Notes under the pieces: generated by a model
The model's input: the letters and a program-made list of their open reading frames with translations, nothing else
Databases searched by the model: none
What the model was told of the DNA's origin: nothing
Program-made: the position numbers and the translations under genes
Origin: Burkholderiales bacterium
GTDB lineage: Bacteria; Pseudomonadota; Gammaproteobacteria; Burkholderiales; SG8-39
DNA length: 64,000 nucleotides
NCBI GenBank assembly: GCA_038904015.1
Contig: JBCKKZ010000001.1
Span: 14,906-78,905, forward strand
Direction of reading: 5' to 3'
Shown: positions 27,654 through 35,339 of the stretch, piece after piece
Layout: each line of letters opens with the position of its first letter
Numbering within the stretch: the first letter of the stretch is position 1

Positions 27654-27989
27654 TCCTCCCACGAAGAAGCCCATCTCCGCATCCTCAAAATCGTCAGCGG
27701 GGAACCGGATGTCAGCCAGCGTCAATTAGCCGCAAAGCTTGGCGTCAGCCTGGGCAAGACCAATTTTCTGATCAAGGCCCTGCTCGAGAAAGGCTTGCTC
27801 AAGGCCGGCAACTTCCGGCGCGCGGAGAACAAGTTCAAGTACGTCTACCTCCTCACCCCCAAGGGTTTCGGAGAACGAGTCCGCCTCACCCGCGCCTATC
27901 TCGCGCGCAAGGAGGCGGAGTACGGGGCGCTGCAGTCCGAGATCCAGGCGCTGCGACAGGAAGTAAAGACCACCCATGAAGCCCGCTGA
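27654..27989 (+). CDS. MarR-family EPS-associated transcriptional regulator
   Basis: MSSHEEAHLRILKIVSGEPDVSQRQLAAKLGVSLGKTNFLIKALLEKGLLKAGNFRRAENKFKYVYLLTPKGFGERVRLTRAYLARKEAEY. Confidence 0.8.
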   Translation, partial: SSHEEAHLRILKIVSGEPDVSQRQLAAKLGVSLGKTNFLIKALLEKGLLKAGNFRRAENKFKYVYLLTPKGFGERVRLTRAYLARKEAEYGALQSEIQALRQEVKTTHEAR

Positions 27990-28479
27990 TCTTCCGGCGC
28001 CGCAGACCTGGTACGTGGTGCAGGCGAAGCCCCGGCAGGAGGCGATCGCATGCGAGCACCTCTCCCGGCAGGGCTTTCGCTGCATCCTGCCGCTGCTCAA
28101 GGTCGAGAAGATCCGCCGTGGTCGGCGGCTGTGGGCGGAGGAGCCGCTCTTCGCGCGCTACCTTTTCATGACTCCGGCTCACGCGCAGGCGCGCTGGGGT
28201 GCGGTGCGCAGCACCCGGGGCGTATCGAGATTGGTCGAATTCGGCGGTCTGCCCGCGCGCCTGCCGGCGCACTGGATGGAAGCGTTTCAGGAGCGCGAGC
28301 ACGCGCTGCGGCGCCTGTTCGCGCCCGGGGAGCACGTGGTCGTGACGCGGGGTCCGTTCGCCGGAATGCAAGGGGTGTACAAATTGCCCGACGGCGAGGA
28401 GCGCGCCGTCGTGATGCTGGAGCTGCTGGGCAGGGAGTGCAGGGCGAAGTTCGGACTGGAAGCGCTTCGGGCGGCGTAG
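27976..28479 (+). CDS. rfaH: RfaH/NusG-paralog transcription antiterminator
   Basis: NGN domain WYVVQAKPRQEAIACEHLSRQGFRCILPL...EPLFARYLFM, and KOW-like GEHVVVTRGPFAGMQGVY. Confidence 0.8.
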   Translation: MKPADLPAPQTWYVVQAKPRQEAIACEHLSRQGFRCILPLLKVEKIRRGRRLWAEEPLFARYLFMTPAHAQARWGAVRSTRGVSRLVEFGGLPARLPAHWMEAFQEREHALRRLFAPGEHVVVTRGPFAGMQGVYKLPDGEERAVVMLELLGRECRAKFGLEALRAA

Positions 28480-28539
28480 GCGGGAGGCGTGGAAGTTTGG
28501 GCAGGAAGCGTTTTTTTGGAATCCGACGCGTAATCCAAG

Positions 28540-28551
28540 GGCGGTAGCGTG
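28540..28551 (+). promoter_or_regulatory. ops element (JUMPStart core) GGCGGTAGCGTG
   Basis: Exact match to the GGCGGTAGnnTG consensus. It is intergenic, in sense orientation, 60 nt after rfaH and upstream of the glycan operon. Confidence 0.75.
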
Positions 28552-28591
28552 CCCGGAGGGGATTGATTCTCTTGAATCTGGATCACTACTG

Positions 28592-28795
28592 TCCGGAGAA
28601 GTGGTGCATGCTTTCGAGCGCGCCACAGGCAAGAAGGTGCCCTACCGGATCGTGGAGCGGCGGCCCGGCGACGTCGCCATCTGCTACGCCGATCCCGGCC
28701 TCGCCCATGCCGCGCTTAACTGGCGGGCGACCTGTTCGCTCGAGGACATGTGCCGCGACGCCTGGAACTGGCAGCAGTCAAGTGCGGGCGCCTGA
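28592..28795 (+). pseudogene. galE 3' stump, copy 3
   Basis: (E)[64 protein letters not shown]. Homology starts abruptly about 40 nt after ops. Confidence 0.85.
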
Positions 28796-28797
28796 AT

Positions 28798-29034
28798 TTA
28801 CGCCGCGATGACGTCAGAGCGTTGCCTCAATAGCCGGCTTCCCGGGTATCTCGCACAGCGAGAATCACGGCCTCGCACCGGACGGCCCATCCCGGGATGC
28901 CGTTGCAGGGCCTTCACGCCCTGCCGGATTGCCCGCACAGCCCGTCGTGCGGCGTCACGGTTCTTGGGTGCCAGGAAAGCATGCAGCCGGACTACATCGG
29001 CTAACGCCGGCGGCGGCCATCTCAGCCGTGGCAT
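28798..29034 (-). pseudogene. parE (RelE/ParE toxin), copy A; C-terminal core apparently replaced
   Basis: MPRLRWPPPALADVVRLHAFLAPKNRDAARRAVRAIRQGVKALQRHPGMGRPV, then RGRDSRCARYPGSRLL... This tail does not look like the ParE beta-sheet core. 78 aa is short for the family. Confidence 0.5.
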
Positions 29035-29306
29035 TCAGGCGCTTGCGCCTCCTCGCCCGCTTCCAGCTGTGCCAGCCAGGCGTCGGCCTCCTCGGCCGTG
29101 ACGTGCAGGCCGCTCGCCTGGTAGCTCGCCCAGGCATCGAGCGCGGCCTGACGCAATGCTTCGCGCTTCTCTTCACGATCGACGTACTGCTGAATCGCCT
29201 CACGCATGAGCCAATGTGCCGAGCGCTGACGCGCGGCGGCGAGACGCTGCACGCGCTCTTTGATTTCGGTGTCGAGCTTCAAGCTGGTAGTGGATGGCGA
29301 TGTCAT
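29022..29306 (-). CDS. ParD-like ribbon-helix-helix antitoxin (intact copy A)
   Basis: SLKLDTEIKERVQRLAAARQRSAHWLMREAIQQYVDREEKREALRQAALDAW... It overlaps the parE start by 13 nt. Confidence 0.7.
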   Translation of the reverse strand: MTSPSTTSLKLDTEIKERVQRLAAARQRSAHWLMREAIQQYVDREEKREALRQAALDAWASYQASGLHVTAEEADAWLAQLEAGEEAQAPECHG

Positions 29307-29396
29307 CGCTGTGCCGCTGGTGTTACCTATTGCTACTTTAACTCACATCTGTCACATGAAATACAATCCCCACCGTAGAAGGGGAGCCCGGGAGCC

Positions 29397-30359
29397 ATGA
29401 GGAACTACAGCATCCGCAAGCGCGTGCTCGTCACCGGCGGCGCCGGCTTCATCGGCTCGCACCTGTGCGATCGCCTGATCGCCGACGGGCACGACGTGCT
29501 GTGCGTGGACAACTTCTTCACCGGCACCAAGGACAACATCGCGCAGCTGATCGGTAATCCGCATTTCGAACTGATGCGCCACGACGTGACGTTTCCGCTG
29601 TTCGTTGAAGTGGACGAGATCTACAACCTCGCCTGCCCGGCGGCGCCGATCCACTACCAGTACGACCCGGTGCAGACCACCAAGACGAGCGTGCACGGCG
29701 CTATCAACATGCTGGGGCTTGCCAAGCGCGTGAAGGCGAAGATCCTGCAGGCCTCCACCAGCGAGGTCTACGGCGACCCCAAGGTGCACCCCCAGCGCGA
29801 GGACTACTGGGGCAACGTGAACCCGATCGGCCTGCGCGCCTGCTATGACGAAGGCAAGCGCTGCGCGGAGACGCTCTTCTTCGACTACCACCGCCAGCAC
29901 AAGCTGCGAATCAAGGTGGCACGTATCTTTAACACCTACGGCCCGCGCATGCACCCGAACGACGGGCGCGTGGTGTCGAACTTCATCGTCCAGGCGCTCA
30001 AGGGCGAGCCGATCACCGTCTACGGCGACGGCGGCCAGACACGCTCGTTCTGTTACGTGGACGATCTGGTCGAGGCGCTGATCCGCTTGATGGCAACAAA
30101 GGATAGCGTCGCCGGGCCGGTCAATCTGGGCAATCCGGGTGAATTCACCATTCTCGAGCTGGCGCAAAAGGTGATTGCCCTGACGCGCTCGAAATCCAGG
30201 ATCGTGAAGAAGAAATTGCCCAGGGACGACCCGCGGCAGCGCAAACCGGACATCGCCCTCGCCAAGCGCCACCTGTCGTGGCAACCCACGGTCGGGCTGG
30301 AAGCGGGTCTGAAGAAGACCATCGCCTACTTCCGCGCCGGCAAGACCAGCACGGCCTGA
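29397..30359 (+). CDS. uxs: UDP-glucuronate decarboxylase (UDP-xylose synthase, SDR family)
   Basis: [18 protein letters not shown]...STSEVYGDP...[11 protein letters not shown]...NTYGPRM...[14 protein letters not shown]. Full-length, 320 aa. Confidence 0.9.
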   Translation: MRNYSIRKRVLVTGGAGFIGSHLCDRLIADGHDVLCVDNFFTGTKDNIAQLIGNPHFELMRHDVTFPLFVEVDEIYNLACPAAPIHYQYDPVQTTKTSVHGAINMLGLAKRVKAKILQASTSEVYGDPKVHPQREDYWGNVNPIGLRACYDEGKRCAETLFFDYHRQHKLRIKVARIFNTYGPRMHPNDGRVVSNFIVQALKGEPITVYGDGGQTRSFCYVDDLVEALIRLMATKDSVAGPVNLGNPGEFTILELAQKVIALTRSKSRIVKKKLPRDDPRQRKPDIALAKRHLSWQPTVGLEAGLKKTIAYFRAGKTSTA

Positions 30360-30362
30360 GCG

Positions 30363-33335
30363 ATGTGCGGCATCAACGGCATCTTCGCCTACGGGGCTTC
30401 CGCGCCGCCGGTTGACGAAGCGGAGCTGTTGCGCACGCGCGAGCATATGCTGAAGCGCGGACCTGACGGTGCGGGGCTATGGGTCTCGCCCGACCGGAAA
30501 GTGGGCCTCGCGCACCGGCGCCTCGCGATCATCGACCTCTCCGAAACCGGCGCGCAACCTATGACGACCGCCGACGGACGGCTGACGATCACCTTCAATG
30601 GCGAGATCTACAACTACCGCGCGCTGCGGCGCGAGTTGGAAGCCAAGGGCTACGCGTTCCGCTCGCAATCGGATACCGAAGTGCTGCTGCACCTCTATGC
30701 CGACCGCGGTGCGGAAATGGTCCACGCGCTGCGCGGCATGTACGCGTTCGCGCTGTGGGACGAACGCAGGAAAGGCCTGTTCCTCGTCCGCGACCCCTTC
30801 GGCATCAAGCCGCTCTACTACGCCGACGGCGGGAGCACGATCCGCGTCGCCTCCCAGGTCAAGGCGCTGTTGAAGGGCGGTGCCATCGACACCACTGCCG
30901 AGCCCGCCGGCCACGTCGGCTTCTTCCTCTGGGGCCACGTGCCGGAACCTTACACGCTTTACAAGGGCATCCGTGCACTTGAGGCGGGAACCAGCCTGTG
31001 GATAACCGCAGCAGGCCGAAAGGAAAAGAGGCAATTCTTTAACATCACCGACGAGCTTGCGAAAGCGAGTGCAACGCAGCTTTCCATCACGCGTGAGGAG
31101 ATGCACGAGCGCTTGCACGCCGCTCTCCTCGATAGCGTGCGCCACCACATGATCGCCGACGTGCCGGTCGGTATTTTCCTTTCCTCAGGGCTGGATTCGT
31201 CCACTCTCACAGCCCTCGCCAGGGAAGCGCAAACTCCCCCACAAAAAAGCCGTCATCCCCGCGAAGGCGGGGATCCAGCGGTTTTATTAGACAGGGGGGT
31301 GGCGAATAACCTTCGCACCATTACCCTGGGCTTCAGGGAATTCCAGGGCACCCGCAACGACGAGGTACCGCTCGCCGAACAGGTCGCACAACACTACGGC
31401 ACGCACCACCAGACCCGCTGGGTAACAAAGGAAGACTTTCACGATGCGCGCCAGCATCTGCTGGAGGTCATGGACCAGCCTTCGACAGACGCCGTGAACA
31501 GCTATTTCGTCAGCAAAGCGGCAGCGGATGCCGGTCTCAAAGTCGCTTTATCTGGCCTCGGCGGGGACGAGTTATTCGGGGGCTATCCCTCATTTCGTCA
31601 GATTCCGGCCATCGTCAGAGCTCTTGGCTCTTTTCAATCTGTTCCGTTCATTGGAAAAGGATTTCGAACTGTCTCAGCCGCGATCCTGAAGCACTTTACG
31701 TCTCCAAAATATGCCGGCCTTCTGGAATATGGCGGTACCTATGGTGGCGCGTACCTGCTGCGGCGTGGCATGTTCATGCCCTGGGAACTGCCTGACGTGC
31801 TGGACGGCGAGATGGTCCGCCAGGGCTGGCAAGAACTGCAAACGCTCTCGCACCTGCACCAAACAACCCGCGGCATAGACAACGCGCATCTCAAGGTCAC
31901 AGCACTGGAATCCACCTGGTACATGCGCAACCAACTATTGCGCGACGCTGACTGGGCGAGCATGGCGCACTCACTGGAGATACGGGTGCCGCTGGTGGAC
32001 ATCGAACTGTTCCGGGCGACGGCGCCTTTGTTAAGTTCGACCAATGTTCCGGGAAAACGGGCAATGGCAGCAACGCCGCTCAAGCCGCTGCCGGTCCAGG
32101 TAATGCAGCGGGAAAAAACCGGGTTTGTGGTTCCTGTAAGAGAGTGGCTACTTGGGCGAAATCGGTGGTTCTGGGAAGAAAGGGGACTTAGAGGGCGGGC
32201 AAAATATGTACATGCGCTGACGAGTAAACAATGTTCAAGAATACTAGTTCTGCTAACTGACGCTTTCGGTGGACATGGTGGTATCGGAAAATTCAACCGC
32301 GATTTGCTCACAGCTCTTGCCAATGATCCCAGCGTATCTCAAGTTGTTGCACTGCCAAGGCTGATGCCAGACTCTCCAGGTGCAATTCCAGATAAGGTCG
32401 TCTACCTGACCAATTCGCTTGGCGGCAAGCTAAGTTTTCTCAGAGCGGTGTTTGGGTTGCTTCGAGACCGCAGGGGATTTGATCTGATTGTCTGCGGCCA
32501 CATAAACTTAATGCCAATTGCCTACTTGGCAAGAATGATAATGCGCGCACCGCTTCTTCTTATCACCCATGGCATTGACGTGTGGCGACCAACACGCAGT
32601 ACTTTGGTGAATTACTTAGTGAGAAAGGTTGATGCATTTATCTCAGTAAGCGAGTTGACCAAGCGCCGCTTCATCTCTTGGTCAGGTATATCGCCAAGTA
32701 AAGGGCGGATTCTCCCCAATTGTTTTGATCCCTCTTCATTTACCCCCGGCACGAAAAATCCGGATCTTCTTAGGCATTATGGGCTTGAAGGTAAGACGGT
32801 CCTGTTGACCACCGGCAGACTGGCATCCGAAGAAAGAGCCAAAGGCTTTGATGAAATCATCGAGCTTCTACCCGAACTCAGGAAACAGATTCCAAATATT
32901 GCATACTTGATCATTGGCGATGGCAATGACAAAGCGCGATTGGAAGAGAAAGTGCGGCAACTCAAAGTCCGGGACCTGGTCGTTTTTACGGGTTACGTGA
33001 ACGAATCAGAAAAAACGGCTCACTATCGGTTGGCAGATGCTTATGTTATGCCGAGCCGAGGTGAAGGTTTTGGTATTGTTTACCTTGAGGCCATGGCTTG
33101 TGGAATTCCGGCTGTAGGCAGCGCGGTTGACGGGAGCAAAGAAGCTTTACGAGGGGGCGCATTGGGGATACTTGTGGACCCAAACGATCCCTCCTCTATC
33201 ATGCGTGGCATTCTTGAGGCGCTAGCGCGCCCAAAGTGTGTTCCAGTAGGTTTGGACTATTTCAGTTTTGCCAATTATGAAAAGCGGTTGCATGCGATTA
33301 CGAGCGAGATTCACCAAATGCTGTACGTTGGCTAG
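30363..33335 (+). CDS. Fusion protein: glutamine-hydrolysing asparagine synthetase (AsnB-type amidotransferase) plus C-terminal GT4 glycosyltransferase
   Basis: MCGINGIF (Cys2 nucleophile), then SGLDSS for the PP-loop. The C-terminal roughly 360 aa carries SRGEGFGIVYLEAMACGIPAV (the GT4 EX7E region). Confidence 0.8.
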   Translation: MCGINGIFAYGASAPPVDEAELLRTREHMLKRGPDGAGLWVSPDRKVGLAHRRLAIIDLSETGAQPMTTADGRLTITFNGEIYNYRALRRELEAKGYAFRSQSDTEVLLHLYADRGAEMVHALRGMYAFALWDERRKGLFLVRDPFGIKPLYYADGGSTIRVASQVKALLKGGAIDTTAEPAGHVGFFLWGHVPEPYTLYKGIRALEAGTSLWITAAGRKEKRQFFNITDELAKASATQLSITREEMHERLHAALLDSVRHHMIADVPVGIFLSSGLDSSTLTALAREAQTPPQKSRHPREGGDPAVLLDRGVANNLRTITLGFREFQGTRNDEVPLAEQVAQHYGTHHQTRWVTKEDFHDARQHLLEVMDQPSTDAVNSYFVSKAAADAGLKVALSGLGGDELFGGYPSFRQIPAIVRALGSFQSVPFIGKGFRTVSAAILKHFTSPKYAGLLEYGGTYGGAYLLRRGMFMPWELPDVLDGEMVRQGWQELQTLSHLHQTTRGIDNAHLKVTALESTWYMRNQLLRDADWASMAHSLEIRVPLVDIELFRATAPLLSSTNVPGKRAMAATPLKPLPVQVMQREKTGFVVPVREWLLGRNRWFWEERGLRGRAKYVHALTSKQCSRILVLLTDAFGGHGGIGKFNRDLLTALANDPSVSQVVALPRLMPDSPGAIPDKVVYLTNSLGGKLSFLRAVFGLLRDRRGFDLIVCGHINLMPIAYLARMIMRAPLLLITHGIDVWRPTRSTLVNYLVRKVDAFISVSELTKRRFISWSGISPSKGRILPNCFDPSSFTPGTKNPDLLRHYGLEGKTVLLTTGRLASEERAKGFDEIIELLPELRKQIPNIAYLIIGDGNDKARLEEKVRQLKVRDLVVFTGYVNESEKTAHYRLADAYVMPSRGEGFGIVYLEAMACGIPAVGSAVDGSKEALRGGALGILVDPNDPSSIMRGILEALARPKCVPVGLDYFSFANYEKRLHAITSEIHQMLYVG
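31252..31276. repeat. Small palindromic repeat unit inside the asnB-GT ORF
   Basis: gtcATCCCCGCgaagGCGGGGATcc, translated in frame as SRHPREGGDPA. Same architecture as 39624-39652. Confidence 0.6.
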
Positions 33336-33389
33336 CCTGGATTTCCACGCCGCATAATTGACCTAACACCCGGCCCGTTTTTCCCATTG

Positions 33390-35084
33390 CTACGCGCTCA
33401 TGCGCAGGGTGCGATTGTGCCACCAAGGGATCTTCACGGGCGAATCCAGAATTCTCGAGGCGATGATGATGGGCAGGTGGGCGCGGCGATGGAAGTGCAC
33501 GTGCACCTCGCGCTCGGAGACGCTCACATCGGCGGGGGTGTCGATGAGATCGCGGAAGATGTGACGCGCCTGCGCCTCGCCGTAGCCGCGCATGCGCCGA
33601 GCGAGCAGGCGATACAGTCCGCTGGCGATTACCAAGAGCGCCATGTCGAAGTCCACTTTGAGGCCGACCGCCGAGGACAGGGCGTCCATATGGAAGAAGC
33701 GCACCGCGTCCGATAGCGCGTTCTCGATGAGCATGCGCTGGGCGTAGCGGGTGATGAGCTTGGCGTGGGTGGTGTGGCGCGCGTTGGTGATGAGGATCGT
33801 CGGTTCCTCGTGGCCCAGGTCCGTGACAAAGAGCTGGCGGAAGGTGGCCCCGGCGAGTGCCACGGGTTGCTCGAACACGCGCGGGGTCTTGAACTTGCGC
33901 CCCGGCACATCGAGTGTCACTCGGCGCCAGGCCGAGGGGGCCAGATGCTCGATTTCGGTGAGCAGTGCGGCCGATCTCCGCCTGAGCGTGATGAAGGCGA
34001 TGCCCATGCGATCCAGGCGCGCGAGGTGGGCATAGGTGGTGAGGCGCGAATCGAACACCAGGTGGCGGGGGTTCTCCCCGTGGTGTTTCTTCCAGAAGGC
34101 GACGAAGCGGAAGATCTCTTCGGCTTCCTCGCCCTTGCGCAGATCGGCATTGGAGTAGCAGAACGCCCGTCCCTGGGCGTCCTGGGCCAGAAAGGCGAGC
34201 ACCGAGGGCTGCCGCCGGCTGCGCATCGAGACGTAGTGGCGTTCCACCTGCGGGTCCTCTCCATAGTAGGGCACCGAATGGAAATCAAGATTGAAGGACT
34301 CTGCGGCGAACAACTGATCTTGGGCGACCGCGCGGTGCCAGGCCCCGAGCACGCTGGTGGTGCGGGCGTGGTCCAGGCGCGAGGAATACTCCGAGAGGTA
34401 GCTCTTCTTCGGAATCGCGTTGAGCCCGCAAAAGAGCGCCAAGCCCGGGTCGGCCACCAGCGCCATCACATGGCTCTTGCGCTCGATCGACCAGAGCTTG
34501 AGCGCCAGCGCCGCGCGTAGCGCGTGCCCGGCCGGGATCATCACCGAGCCGGGCAGTTTGGCCGCCTCGGCCAAGCCCTGCACCTGAAGGCGCACCAGCT
34601 CAGGCAGGAACAGGAACAGCCCGCCGCAGCGGGTCACGAACTGCGTCCCAGGGACAAGCGCAAACTCGCGCTCCTCGTCCAAGCGCCGCGGCAAGGGCGC
34701 AAAGCCTTCGGCGCGCAGCACCTCCCTGACCGCGGTGGGGCTGAGCACCATGCCCTGCTCCTTGAGCGCCTCACTGATCTCGTAGACCGAATGGTTTTGT
34801 TTGCGTAGCGCCAGCGCCAGCTCGCGTGCCTTGGACTTCTTGGGCTGCGTGCGCGGGCCGCGCGCCGTGGAGACAAAGAACTGAGGGTCCAGGTCGCGGC
34901 GGAACTGATGGCACAGCACCCGGAACGCCCCTGGGCTGTAGCCGAAGGCACGGGCGGCCTCCTCGGAGGGATGGCCTTCGAGGAAGTAGGCGCGCAAGGC
35001 CTCGTACATGCGTTGGCGCGGGCTTGAGGGTTCCGCGAAGAAGCGGCGGCATTCTGTTATGTCTTTAGGTGCGCCTATACCCAT
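33390..35084 (-). CDS. DDE transposase of the outer IS
   Basis: 564-aa ORF with an N-terminal HTH-like region and a long catalytic region (...NLDFHSVPYYG..., ...FITLRRRS..., ...YAQRMLIENALSD...). Bounded by the IRs. Confidence 0.7.
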   Translation of the reverse strand: MGIGAPKDITECRRFFAEPSSPRQRMYEALRAYFLEGHPSEEAARAFGYSPGAFRVLCHQFRRDLDPQFFVSTARGPRTQPKKSKARELALALRKQNHSVYEISEALKEQGMVLSPTAVREVLRAEGFAPLPRRLDEEREFALVPGTQFVTRCGGLFLFLPELVRLQVQGLAEAAKLPGSVMIPAGHALRAALALKLWSIERKSHVMALVADPGLALFCGLNAIPKKSYLSEYSSRLDHARTTSVLGAWHRAVAQDQLFAAESFNLDFHSVPYYGEDPQVERHYVSMRSRRQPSVLAFLAQDAQGRAFCYSNADLRKGEEAEEIFRFVAFWKKHHGENPRHLVFDSRLTTYAHLARLDRMGIAFITLRRRSAALLTEIEHLAPSAWRRVTLDVPGRKFKTPRVFEQPVALAGATFRQLFVTDLGHEEPTILITNARHTTHAKLITRYAQRMLIENALSDAVRFFHMDALSSAVGLKVDFDMALLVIASGLYRLLARRMRGYGEAQARHIFRDLIDTPADVSVSEREVHVHFHRRAHLPIIIASRILDSPVKIPWWHNRTLRMSA

Positions 35085-35339
35085 ACAGCATATTGCTACA
35101 TACTAGCCATGGTTGTCAAGCACGCCGTGGGCACAACCCCTTGTGGGGCTCCACGCTCTATGAAAACCGAATGATCGCTGCCGCGAGCGGCGGACCTGAA
35201 GACCCGGCCCGTCCACCAAAACGACCCGCCAGTGCCCGGCCGTGGGCGCGTACTTGGGCTAACGAAGCCAGCCCGAACCTTGATTCGGGCGCAGGGGAGA
35301 ATCAGAAATCGGAGCGGCCTGTGCTGCAGGCCGCGTTAG

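Noticed and set aside
28050-28632. ORFs 28050-28547 (+) and 27886-28632 (-)
   Set aside because: They overlap rfaH in other frames or on the other strand, have Arg/Gly/Ala-rich composition, and show no motifs.
18868-28795. Assembly artefact (collapsed or duplicated reads) as the cause of the repeated galE and uxs pieces
   Set aside because: The copies differ by point substitutions, have unique junctions on both sides, and include distinct alleles and chimeras. This argues against simple misassembly. It cannot be excluded without long reads, so it is listed as a check in the first finding.
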